29,413 nucleotides of DNA from Candidatus Limnocylindria bacterium. Lineage in GTDB: Bacteria; Chloroflexota; Limnocylindria; QHBO01. This document shows positions 16,563 to 25,081 of the stretch, in pieces. Location: positions 1-29,413 of the forward strand of contig DASUSP010000122.1 in assembly GCA_036375035.1 (NCBI GenBank), in the 5' to 3' direction. Both the position numbers and the translations under genes were made by a program. The first letter of the stretch is position 1; every line of letters begins with the position of its first letter. The notes under the pieces were generated by a model. That model was not told the origin of the DNA. It did not search any database and saw only the letters and a program-made list of their open reading frames with translations.

Positions 16563-18455
16563 ATGGGCCGGCGCCTCAATGTGACGGGCGAGCCGATCCG
16601 GCTGGCCGAAGACGAACGCGCCCGGAACCTGCTCGATCTCGCGCGCCGCAGTGTCACGGGATACGACGCCAAGGTCGCCTACACTTGGAAGCCGAGCCGC
16701 CGGGCGGCACGCGCCGAGGGACGCGAGCCCGGGTGGCAGAGCGTGACCTTCGGCGAGCTGTGGAGCTGGGTGGAACGCGTCGCCGCCGGGCTGGCCGCCT
16801 GGGGCGTGGGTCCCGGCGACCGGGTGGCGATCATGAGTCGCTCACGACCCGAGTGGCTGGTCTGCGACCTGGCGGCGATGTCGCTAGGCGCGGTCACCTG
16901 CCCGATCTATCACGCGGAGCGTGATCTGGTCATCGGCTTCATCCTCGGGAACACCCAGGCGCGTTTCGCCATCGTCGAGAGCGCCAACCTGGCCAGGCGC
17001 CTTGCCGGCCTGCACGGCACCGCGCTGCAGGGCATCGTCGTGCTTGATCCGGCGGACGACGTGCCAGAGGCGACCGTCACGCTGGAAGGCCTCATGGGGC
17101 AGGCCCAGCCGGACGACGCCTGGCGCGGCGCATGGCAGCAGCGCTGGTCCGCGTTCAGCCGCGCCGACCTGGCGACGATCATCCACACCTCGGGAGCCAC
17201 CGCGGACCCGAAGGGCGTGCCGCTGACCCACGGGAACGTGCTCGCCCACTGCGAGATGGCGATGCAGGCCATGCCGTTCTCGTCAGACGACCTCGGCATG
17301 TCGGTCCTGCCGCTGAGCCATATCGCGGAGCGAGCAGGCGGGCAGATGGTCCCCCTGGCGGTGGGAGCGTCCATCACCTTCGCCGAGCCGGTGATCGAGC
17401 GCTGGCCGGCGAACCTGCGCGAGGTGCGCCCCACGGTAATGGTCAGCGTCCCACCGATCTTCGCGCGCATCTACCGCCGTATCCAGGACCAGCTGGACGC
17501 GGGCCCCGCCTGGAAGCGGCGCGCCTTCGCCTGGGCCACCGGGGTGGGGTCCGTGCACTACGCCAACCATCTGGCCGGTCGCGCCGATGGCCCGTGGATC
17601 AGCCTGCAACTCGCGGTCGCCCGGCGTTTCGTCTTCCGGCCCATCAAGGAGCTGCTGGGCGGTCGGCTGCGATTCTTCGCCTGCGGCGGCGCGCCGCTGC
17701 CGCAGGCCATCGGTGAGCTCTTCTACTCCATGGACATCCTCATCCTGGAGGCATGGGGCCTGACCGAGGCGTCAGGCGTCCTATGCATGAACCGGCCGGA
17801 CAGCTTCCGGTTCGGGACCGTGGGCCTGCCGTTCCCCGGGACGGAGATCCGGATCGACCCGGAGACCAGCGAGATCCTGGCGCGCGGACCGCAGGTCTTC
17901 GGCGGCTACCTGAACCTACCGGAGGAAAACGCGACAGCCTTCGAGCCCGATGGCTGGTTCCACACCGGTGACATCGGCGAGATCGACGAACAGGGACGGG
18001 TCAAGATCACCGACCGGCTGAAGAACCTCATCGTCCTGGCGAACGGCAAGAAAGTGATGCCGGCGCCGATGGAGAACGCCCTGGCGGCCTCGCCGTACAT
18101 CGGCCAATCGGTGATCCTCGGCGATCACCACGAGCGGACCGGCGCCCTCGTCACGCTCGACCTCGAGCACGTCCGATCGTGGGCGGCGAAGAACGGCATC
18201 GGCGATGACAGCATGGCGGAGATCGCGGAGCACCCGGCCGTGCGCGAGCTCATCGAGAGTGAGGTGCGGCGGCTCCTGGCGGAATTCGCCCCGTACGAGC
18301 GGCCTCGCCGCGTCTCCATCCTCCCTCGCGAGCTCACCGAGGAGGCCGATGAGTTGACCGCCATCCGGAAGCCCAAGCGCCGAGTCATCGTCGCGAACTT
18401 CCCCGATCACGTCGCCCGCCTGTTCGAGGGCGAGCGGGTGGAGGTCGCCTCATGA
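16563..18455 (+). CDS. fadD: Long-chain fatty acid-CoA ligase (AMP-dependent synthetase, FadD15/ACSL-like)
   Basis: IIHTSGATADPKGVPLTHGN, LPLSHIAER, GGAPL, EAWGLTE, DGWFHTGDIG, ITDRLKNLI, C-terminal ELTAIRKPKR. Confidence 0.92.
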   Translation: MGRRLNVTGEPIRLAEDERARNLLDLARRSVTGYDAKVAYTWKPSRRAARAEGREPGWQSVTFGELWSWVERVAAGLAAWGVGPGDRVAIMSRSRPEWLVCDLAAMSLGAVTCPIYHAERDLVIGFILGNTQARFAIVESANLARRLAGLHGTALQGIVVLDPADDVPEATVTLEGLMGQAQPDDAWRGAWQQRWSAFSRADLATIIHTSGATADPKGVPLTHGNVLAHCEMAMQAMPFSSDDLGMSVLPLSHIAERAGGQMVPLAVGASITFAEPVIERWPANLREVRPTVMVSVPPIFARIYRRIQDQLDAGPAWKRRAFAWATGVGSVHYANHLAGRADGPWISLQLAVARRFVFRPIKELLGGRLRFFACGGAPLPQAIGELFYSMDILILEAWGLTEASGVLCMNRPDSFRFGTVGLPFPGTEIRIDPETSEILARGPQVFGGYLNLPEENATAFEPDGWFHTGDIGEIDEQGRVKITDRLKNLIVLANGKKVMPAPMENALAASPYIGQSVILGDHHERTGALVTLDLEHVRSWAAKNGIGDDSMAEIAEHPAVRELIESEVRRLLAEFAPYERPRRVSILPRELTEEADELTAIRKPKRRVIVANFPDHVARLFEGERVEVAS

Positions 18456-18463
18456 ACCCAACG

Positions 18464-18489
18464 ACGCGACTAGCGCGCTGGAGTCGCGT
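18464..18489. terminator. GC-rich hairpin between convergent fadD and agmatinase genes (possible bidirectional terminator)
   Basis: ACGCGACT...AGTCGCGT 8-bp perfect stem in a 49-nt convergent gap; no clear U-tract. Confidence 0.45.
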
Positions 18490-18504
18490 GGCGCATGCCC
18501 CGAA

Positions 18505-19449
18505 TCACGTAACAGGGACGAAGAGCGTCAGCATCTCGTAGACGATGTTCGCGGCGGCAACGGCCGTGATCTCGGCATGGTCGTACGCGGGAGATACCTC
18601 GACGACGTCGCACCCAACCACGTTCAGGCCTCGAATCTTCCGCAGCATCGTCACCAGCTCGCGGGAGGTCAGCCCGCCGATCTCGGGGGTTCCCGTTCCC
18701 GGCGCGTGCGCCGGGTCCAGCACGTCGATGTCCACCGACACGTACAGCGGCCGGGGACCGATGCGCGCTCGGATCTCGGCGGCGATCGCGGACGGGCCGC
18801 GCTCCGCCACGTCATCGGTGCCGAAGATCAAGAATCCCATGCCCCCGTCGTCGGCAAGGTCCCCCGCCGAGTAGAGGGAGCCACGGATCCCCACGTGGAC
18901 CGATGCCTCATGGTCCAGCAGCCCCTCCTCGGACGCCCGGCGGAAAGGGGTCCCGTGGGTATAGGGCTCGCCGAAGTAGGTGTCCCAGGTGTCGAGGTGG
19001 GCGTCGAAATGCACCAACGCCACGGGGCCGTGCTTGGCGGACACCGCGCGCAGTGCCGGCAGGGCGATGGTGTGATCACCTCCGATCGCCACGAACCGCG
19101 CCCCCGTGGCCAGGACGGCCGCCAGGCCCTGTTGTATCGAGGCGAGCGCATCCTCGATGGAGAACGGGCTCGCCGCAATGTCGCCGAGGTCCACGACCTG
19201 CAGGCTGTCGAAGGGACTGGTGCCGGAGGCGGGGTGATACGGCCGCAGCAGCCTGCTCGCCTGCCGAACTGCCGAGGGCCCGAACCGCGCACCGGGCCGG
19301 TAGGTTACGCCCGCGTCGAAGGGGACGCCGACGATCGCGACGTCGAACTCGGGCGCCTCCGCCTCCGTGGGCAGGCGGGCGAAGGTGGCCAGGCCCGCAT
19401 AGCGCGGAACCTTGGTGGCATCGGTCTGGCCGACGATCCTGCGATTCAA
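18505..19449 (-). CDS. speB: Ureohydrolase, agmatinase/guanidinobutyrase family
   Basis: [30 protein letters not shown] and [18 protein letters not shown] show a complete binuclear metal ligand set; TTG start with GGAGG upstream. The exact substrate cannot be read from sequence. Confidence 0.9.
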   Translation of the reverse strand: MNRRIVGQTDATKVPRYAGLATFARLPTEAEAPEFDVAIVGVPFDAGVTYRPGARFGPSAVRQASRLLRPYHPASGTSPFDSLQVVDLGDIAASPFSIEDALASIQQGLAAVLATGARFVAIGGDHTIALPALRAVSAKHGPVALVHFDAHLDTWDTYFGEPYTHGTPFRRASEEGLLDHEASVHVGIRGSLYSAGDLADDGGMGFLIFGTDDVAERGPSAIAAEIRARIGPRPLYVSVDIDVLDPAHAPGTGTPEIGGLTSRELVTMLRKIRGLNVVGCDVVEVSPAYDHAEITAVAAANIVYEMLTLFVPVT

Positions 19450-19464
19450 TCCTGGTGCCTCCGG

Positions 19465-20235
19465 CTACCTGAAGACGGCTCCGCCGTTGGGGCTGATCAC
19501 CTGACCGATGAAGAAGTCGCCCGCAGAGGACGCGAGCAGCACGGCGGTCTCGGCGATCTCGTCTACCCGCCCGAGACGGCCGGCGGGGATCTCCTTCTCC
19601 TTCTCGATCCACTCCGGCGCCATGTCAGCCAGGATCATGTCCGTTTCGATCGGTCCGGGCGCGATCACGTTCGCACAGATCCCGGGCGCAACCTCGTGCG
19701 CCAAGGCGTAGGTGAATGCGATGACGCCGCCCTTGGCGGCGCAGTAGTGCCCGTACCCGGCGCGCCCCTTCAGCGCCAGCTCGGACGCGATGTTGATGAT
19801 CTTGCCGACGGGCTCCGACGGGATGTGCGGAAGCGCGAACTTCGTGGTCAGGAAGACGCCGCGCAGGTCCGTCCCGATCAGCTTGTCCCATTCCTCCACG
19901 GCCATGTCGGCGATGTGGACCTCCGCGCCGATGGTCCCCGCGTTGTTGACGAGCACGTTGATCCGTCCGAACCGCTCGACGGCTTCCTCGACGGCCGCAC
20001 GGCACTCCTCCGCGTGGCTCACATCGGCGCGGATCGCGTGACCAGCGACCCCGTGCGACCGCACCCGCTCGACCACCTCCTTCGCCGCGTCTTCCCGGCT
20101 GAGGTAGGTGATCACCACCGAGGCGCCCTCACGGGCGAATGTTGTCGCGATTCCGGCACCGATCCCCCGGCTGCCGCCGGTCACCAGCGCCACCCGGCCC
20201 GCCAGCTTCCCCTGCGTCTCATGCACCGCGTTCAT
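19465..20235 (-). CDS. Classical SDR oxidoreductase (FabG-like)
   Basis: TGGSRGIG, VNNAG, NIAS, YCAAKGG (YxxxK), PGPIET. Start is ATG 20235 or GTG 20226. Confidence 0.93.
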   Translation of the reverse strand: MNAVHETQGKLAGRVALVTGGSRGIGAGIATTFAREGASVVITYLSREDAAKEVVERVRSHGVAGHAIRADVSHAEECRAAVEEAVERFGRINVLVNNAGTIGAEVHIADMAVEEWDKLIGTDLRGVFLTTKFALPHIPSEPVGKIINIASELALKGRAGYGHYCAAKGGVIAFTYALAHEVAPGICANVIAPGPIETDMILADMAPEWIEKEKEIPAGRLGRVDEIAETAVLLASSAGDFFIGQVISPNGGAVFR

Positions 20236-21094
20236 CCTCCGATCCAGTGGCCCCGTCGTCCGCCAGCAGGCTCGCCGCGAGGTGGTCCGCCCGCGCGAAG
20301 ACGACGTCCCCGCACTCGTCCGCAAAGTCGATGAATCGCTCGATGGCCCGCAGCCGCCCCGGCCGCCCGCTCAGGAACGGGTGGCAGGTGAGCACGCACA
20401 GCGATCCTGTGCTCCGCATGCCGTCAAGCTCCTCGGTCCACAGGCCGGCGACCTCGCTGGGGCGCTTGATCGTGTGGCCGAGGTCCGGCGCCGGGATGTA
20501 CATGTACTGCTCCCAGTCGTCGAGCGACCAGTGGACCGGCAGCTCGGCCACGCGCCCGCTGCCAGTCTCGAGCAGGTAGGGTCGATCGTCGTCGAACAGC
20601 GACGAGTCGTAGCGGATCCCCAGCGCGGGAAGCGCACGGAGGGTGAGCGCCGTCGTGGACCACATCGGTGCCCGATAGCCAACCGGGGACGCCCCCGCCC
20701 TGCGCAGCGCCTCCAGCCCGCGCTCCAACTCCAGGCGTTGCTCGTCATCGGAGAGCATCGTCGGCGAGCGGTGCGTGTACCCGTGCAGGCCTACCTCGTG
20801 GCCCGCCGCCAGGACGGCGACCACGGCATCGGGCCAGCGCTCCGCGACGATGCCGGGGAAGAAGAACGTCGCCGGCATGTCCCGCCGCCGCAGGAGATCC
20901 AGGATCCGGGCGAGCCCCACCCGCGGACCGTACGCCTGGTGCGACATGGTCGACAGGTGCCCGGCGTACTCGTCGCCTGCGGCCAGGATCGGGCTCTCCG
21001 CGTCGACGTCGAATGTCAGGAGGACCATTGCAGCGGCGGCGCCGCGCCACGTATCGGGCGCCGGATGGCGCGCCATGCCGTCTACGTCATGCAT
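20219..21094 (-). CDS. Carbohydrate esterase 4 / NodB-fold hydrolase, PuuE/HpPgdA-like
   Basis: LTFDVD, YGPRVGLARILDLL, ATFF, HEVGLHGYTH, GYRAP, YDSS, LDDW, CHPFLSGRP. Start is ATG 21094 or 21076. Confidence 0.9.
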   Translation of the reverse strand: MHDVDGMARHPAPDTWRGAAAAMVLLTFDVDAESPILAAGDEYAGHLSTMSHQAYGPRVGLARILDLLRRRDMPATFFFPGIVAERWPDAVVAVLAAGHEVGLHGYTHRSPTMLSDDEQRLELERGLEALRRAGASPVGYRAPMWSTTALTLRALPALGIRYDSSLFDDDRPYLLETGSGRVAELPVHWSLDDWEQYMYIPAPDLGHTIKRPSEVAGLWTEELDGMRSTGSLCVLTCHPFLSGRPGRLRAIERFIDFADECGDVVFARADHLAASLLADDGATGSEDERGA

Positions 21095-21843
21095 CGGATC
21101 TCGCCCCCGTTCGGATGCAGGACCTGGCCGTTGTAGGCACGCCCACCGTCAGGCGAGGCGAGGAAGGCGATCGTGGCCGCGATCTCGTCCGCCCGGCCGA
21201 TGCGGCCGGCCGGAATCCCCGCCGCATAGATGGCGTGCATCTCCGCGAGCGGCTTGCCGGCATCGCGCGCATCGACTTCGAGCTGCGGCGTGTCGATCAC
21301 TCCCGGTGCCACCACGCTCACGGACACGCCCTGGGGGCCGAGCTCGGCAGCGAGGGTGTGGCCCAATGCGATCAGGCCCGACTTCGAGGCCGCGTACCCG
21401 GTGGCGTTCTCCCAGCCGACGACGCCCCAGTACGACGCCACGATCACGATCCGGCCCCGTCCGGCGGTGACCATGCCCGGCACGACGCGTTCGATCAGGT
21501 GGAGGTGGCCGGTCAGGTTGACGTCCAGCTGCTGCCACCACTGCTCGACCGGCAGCTCCAGGAAGGGGGCCATCCACATCCGGGCGGCGTTGGCCACCAG
21601 GACCTCGACCGGCCCGAGCCGCGCCTGGACCTCGTCGACCATCGCACCGATCGCCCGCTCATCCGCGATGTCGCCAGGCGCCGGGAATCCCCCGGTCGCC
21701 GCGACCACTTCGCGGAGGCGTCCGTCGTCGACTCGGGCGTTGATCGCGACCCGGTAGCCGTCGCGCGCCAGGCGCTCCACGACCGCCCGACCGATTCCCT
21801 GGCCGGCCCCGGTGACCAGGGCGACGGGACCCTCACGATCCAT
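21082..21843 (-). CDS. Classical SDR oxidoreductase
   Basis: TGAGQGIG, VANAA, IVASYWG, YAASKSG, APGVIDT; strong SD (GGAGGGAG) before ATG 21843. Confidence 0.92.
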   Translation of the reverse strand: MDREGPVALVTGAGQGIGRAVVERLARDGYRVAINARVDDGRLREVVAATGGFPAPGDIADERAIGAMVDEVQARLGPVEVLVANAARMWMAPFLELPVEQWWQQLDVNLTGHLHLIERVVPGMVTAGRGRIVIVASYWGVVGWENATGYAASKSGLIALGHTLAAELGPQGVSVSVVAPGVIDTPQLEVDARDAGKPLAEMHAIYAAGIPAGRIGRADEIAATIAFLASPDGGRAYNGQVLHPNGGEIRCMT

Positions 21844-22450
21844 GCTTGTCTCCCTCCCCCTCCACGGGGGTGAAGACCTGGCCGACGTAGAAGTCCCCCT
21901 CCTGCGCCAGGAACGCCACGGTGTCGGCAACCGCGTCGCCGGTGCCCGTGGACGGAGCGACGACACAGTTCACGCGGATGCCTTGAGGCGCCATCTCGAC
22001 GGCCAGGCTCTTGGTGAAGCCGATGATGGTGCCACCGGCCGCAGCCTCGTACGGCCGCGAGGGAGCTCCGCCGGGCAGCGCTGCCCGCGGCACCAGGGTG
22101 ACCACCATTCCCCGGTGGGCCGCCACCATCCCGGGGAGCACGGCGCGGCACGCGTTCGTGACCGCGCGCAGATGGGAGTTCAGCAGCTGAGTCCAGCGCG
22201 CCCCGTCCAGACCCGTGAACTCCGCCGGGGCCGCTTCGCCCAGTCCCGTGACCAGGACCTCGATCGGCCCGATCTCGGCGGCCACCCCATGGACTGCATC
22301 CGCGATGGAGCCTCCGTCCGCGGCATCCGCGGTGAGCGGCGCCACGCTGTATCCGGCCGCCGCGAGGCGACGGGCGATGGCCGGACCGACCATCCCCGCC
22401 GCCCCGATGACAAGAGCGACAGGCCGCGCTCCCGTGCCGCCTTCGCTCAT
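21833..22450 (-). CDS. Shortened, degenerate SDR-fold protein (probable pseudoenzyme)
   Basis: SDR scaffold is recognisable (ALVIGAAGMVG, GPIEVLV, GFTKSLAVEMAPQGIRVNCV, VAFLA..GDFYVGQV), but YxxxK, the NNAG motif and the substrate loop are missing. Confidence 0.75.
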   Translation of the reverse strand: MSEGGTGARPVALVIGAAGMVGPAIARRLAAAGYSVAPLTADAADGGSIADAVHGVAAEIGPIEVLVTGLGEAAPAEFTGLDGARWTQLLNSHLRAVTNACRAVLPGMVAAHRGMVVTLVPRAALPGGAPSRPYEAAAGGTIIGFTKSLAVEMAPQGIRVNCVVAPSTGTGDAVADTVAFLAQEGDFYVGQVFTPVEGEGDKHGS

Positions 22451-23910
22451 ACGACCGCCTTCGTCTCCTTCTCAGGAACCGTCATATAGGCGACCGCACC
22501 GATGATCCCCAGGATTACGATCATGAGGATCACGCCCCAGTTCTCGTACCAGGCCAGATCCGCGTATCGCGGCCAGGCGATGTTCACCAGCTCGAAGACG
22601 AGCCACAGAGACGCGACCAGCGTGACCGCGAAGCTGAGCCGCCCGAGGTTGAACGGCCCTCGCTCGTGCCGCCGGGTGACGTGCAGGTACAGCGCCGCGA
22701 TTACCGGGAAGGCGAACGAGATGTAGAAGCCGCCGACCACGAACGAGACGAGCAGGGTGTAGATCTGCTCGGCGCCCAGGTTGACCAGCAGGAACAGCGC
22801 GGCAACGACACCGACGAACACGATCGCCCGGGCTGGCAGCTTGTGCTGATCGGTGAGTCCCTGGAAGAAGCCGTAGAACGGCACCGCGCGGTCACGGGCG
22901 AACGAGTAGAGCGTCCGCGACACCGCGGTCTGGAGCGCGACCATGCTGGCGGTGAAGCCGAGGGCGATGATCGCAAGCAGTGGCCGCGTGATCGTCTCGC
23001 CGAAGTGGTACTCCATCGTCTGGACGACCGGGTCGGCCACGTTCCCCGTCATGGCGGCATCGATGTCCGGTATCGCGAGCAGGATCGCGAAGGCGGAGAA
23101 GATCACGACCGCGCCGACGAAGCCGAGGACCACGATGATCGACCACGGGACCGACTGCTCCGGCTTCTTCACCTCTTCGGCGATCGCTCCAGATGCCTCG
23201 AAGCCCAGGAACGACCAGCCGATGAACGCCACCGCCCCGAGCCAGGCAAAGGTGAACCAGTTGAAGTCGGCCGCGCCGCTCGCCGAGGTCTCCCAGAGCA
23301 CGGAGATCGGGTTCACCTGGAACCCGACCAGCAGCACGATGCCGACAATGATCGAGGCGATGAACTCCGCCGCGATCGACAGGCTGACGAAGACCTTCAG
23401 GACCCACTGCCCGATGGTGTTGGCCAACGTGCCAAAGGCCAGGAAGCCGAACGCCATGATCACCAGGAGCGTCTTGTCGGCGTCGTCGATGCCGAGAACC
23501 GGAGCGAAGAAGCTCGCGGCGGCGAAGGCAACCGTCGACATGGCGATGGTGAGCGTCCACATGTAGGCCCAGCCGGCGAACCATGCCGGACCGGTGCCGA
23601 CCTGCTGCCGCGTCCACTGGTAGACGCCGCCCGCGAGCGGCCATCGGCTGGCGATCTCGCCGAACACGAGCGCGACGAGCATCTGCCCGCCCAGGACCAG
23701 GAAGAGCCCCCAGAAGAAGATCGGTCCGGCCGCCGCGAGGGCGAGCGCGAACATGCCGTACAGGGCGACGATCGGCGAGATATCCGCGAAGCCCAGCGCA
23801 GCGGCATGCCAGAAGCTGAACTCTCTCTTCAGCTCCTGGGTGTACCCGTACTCCTTGAGCCGTGCGGCCTCGTGATCCTCGAGAGGATCGGCACGATGCT
23901 CGGCAACCAT
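22447..23910 (-). CDS. APC-superfamily amino acid/amine permease
   Basis: 487 aa, about 12 TM; YGYTQELKREF, EIASRWPLAGGVYQW, FLGFEASGAIAEEVKKPEQSVP, SRTLYSFARD..VPF, GPFNLG. Confidence 0.92.
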   Translation of the reverse strand: MVAEHRADPLEDHEAARLKEYGYTQELKREFSFWHAAALGFADISPIVALYGMFALALAAAGPIFFWGLFLVLGGQMLVALVFGEIASRWPLAGGVYQWTRQQVGTGPAWFAGWAYMWTLTIAMSTVAFAAASFFAPVLGIDDADKTLLVIMAFGFLAFGTLANTIGQWVLKVFVSLSIAAEFIASIIVGIVLLVGFQVNPISVLWETSASGAADFNWFTFAWLGAVAFIGWSFLGFEASGAIAEEVKKPEQSVPWSIIVVLGFVGAVVIFSAFAILLAIPDIDAAMTGNVADPVVQTMEYHFGETITRPLLAIIALGFTASMVALQTAVSRTLYSFARDRAVPFYGFFQGLTDQHKLPARAIVFVGVVAALFLLVNLGAEQIYTLLVSFVVGGFYISFAFPVIAALYLHVTRRHERGPFNLGRLSFAVTLVASLWLVFELVNIAWPRYADLAWYENWGVILMIVILGIIGAVAYMTVPEKETKAVV

Positions 23911-24081
23911 GGATCCTGACCCTCCTTCTCTCCCGGCCCGCCAGCAAGAAGCATTCGGAATGGAAGGGCGACCCGGCAGCTGTGAGGGTCACCGAGCGGC
24001 ACCCTCCGCGGCCAGTGCCGAACGGCATGGACCTTTCGACCGAACCGCGCCGTGCCACGCGGCAAGTGAGATCATCCTGCG

Positions 24082-24870
24082 ATGAAGGCGGTCATCGGCC
24101 ACGACGGATCACCCGCGGCCGCGGGCGCCAGCCGGATGGCCGCCTCCCTGCCGTGGCCGGCGGATAGCGAGCTGCATGTGGTGCGCGTCGCCACTTCGGC
24201 GCACCAGACGGAGTCGGACCGCGCCGACCTCGCCGAGGCGGCAACGACGCTGGCTGGCGAGGGCCGCAACGTGGCCACCGCGCTGGTGACGGGCAGGCCG
24301 GCGACCGTCCTCCGCGATCGGGCGATGGAGCTGCAGGCCGACCTGCTCATCCTGGGAGCGCGTGGGCTGAGCCCGATCCGCGAGCTGCTGCTGGGGTCCG
24401 TCTCGGCGGAGCTCATCGAGAGGGCGCCGTGCTCCGTACTCGTGGCGCGCGGCGAAGGTTACGAACGACTGGTGGTGGGGACCGATGGATCTCCCGCGGC
24501 CACGGCCATGCCGCGCGTCATCTGCGCCTGGGAGCTGTTCCGTGGCTCGAGCGCGCTGGTGATCGGCGTGGCTGCGGACGGCCACTCCGACGCCGATCGG
24601 CCCGCGCACCGGGAGCTGGCGCTCGCCACGCGACGCCTCGCAGCGCGGCTGGATACCTGCGGCCTGCTGACCGCCGACGAGGTGCGTGCCGGCGACCCGG
24701 CCGAGGTCCTGATCGACGTCGCGGGTCACGAGGCGGCGGACATCCTCGTCGTCGGCCCGCGCGGACGGTCACGGGTGGCCGACCTGCTGCTGGGCAGCGT
24801 GGCGCGCAAGGTCGTCCGGCATGCGCCCTGCTCGGTGCTGGTCGTCAGGGATCCGGCCGGCATTCGCTGA
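24082..24870 (+). CDS. Tandem-domain universal stress protein
   Basis: Two USP domains: VIGHDGSP...DLLILGARG...LLGSVSAELIERAPCSVLV and VVGTDGSP...DILVVGPRGR...LLGSVARKVVRHAPCSVLVV. Confidence 0.92.
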   Translation: MKAVIGHDGSPAAAGASRMAASLPWPADSELHVVRVATSAHQTESDRADLAEAATTLAGEGRNVATALVTGRPATVLRDRAMELQADLLILGARGLSPIRELLLGSVSAELIERAPCSVLVARGEGYERLVVGTDGSPAATAMPRVICAWELFRGSSALVIGVAADGHSDADRPAHRELALATRRLAARLDTCGLLTADEVRAGDPAEVLIDVAGHEAADILVVGPRGRSRVADLLLGSVARKVVRHAPCSVLVVRDPAGIR

Positions 24871-24913
24871 CGGGATCCACCATAGATCTCGGGATCAACC
24901 GGTCACGCGCCCG

Positions 24914-24922
24914 TGGTATCTT
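24914..24922 (+). promoter_or_regulatory. Candidate extended -10 promoter of the original tRNA-Gly locus
   Basis: TGGTATCTT (TGn-TATCTT) ends 11 nt before the tRNA 5' fragment. Confidence 0.45.
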
Positions 24923-24933
24923 CGGCACGCCGC

Positions 24934-24973
24934 GCGGGAGTAGCTCAGTTGGCAGAGCGTCAGCCTTCCAAGC
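24934..24973 (+). repeat. Exact 40-nt copy of the 5' half of tRNA-Gly(TCC) (putative attL)
   Basis: GCGGGAGTAGCTCAGTTGGCAGAGCGTCAGCCTTCCAAGC is identical to 27736-27775; identity starts at tRNA base 1 and ends 2 nt past the anticodon loop. Confidence 0.95.
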
Positions 24974-25023
24974 CTCTCGGCCCGAGCGCTGTGCTATCCC
25001 AAGTGGCGTCCTGAGCGTGGCAC

Positions 25024-25042
25024 GCTCAGTTATGCGCTGTCA
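25024..25042 (+). repeat. 19-bp direct repeat, left copy (partner at 27631-27649)
   Basis: GCTCAGTTATGCGCTGTCA versus GCTGAGTTATGCGCTGTCA, 18/19 identical. Confidence 0.85.
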
Positions 25043-25081
25043 TCGCCCTTGGCCGAGGGAGCGGCGGCCTAGGCGGATTGC

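Noticed and set aside
24045-24062. TGGCACG as a sigma54 -24 element (also near 25018 and 27541)
   Set aside because: No TTGC at the -12 position in any of the three cases.
23911-24081. Guanidine riboswitch upstream of the ureohydrolase-containing operon
   Set aside because: No guanidine-I conserved strings and no paired ACGR tetraloop hairpins of guanidine-II were found by eye.
25024-25042. TTATGCGC is the reverse complement of the XerC-arm core GCGCATAA, and GTTATGC resembles an integron core site (also at 27631-27649)
   Set aside because: There is no second dif arm across a 6-bp spacer, no inverted RYYYAAC to form an attC, the genes run opposite to cassette orientation, and no intI is present.
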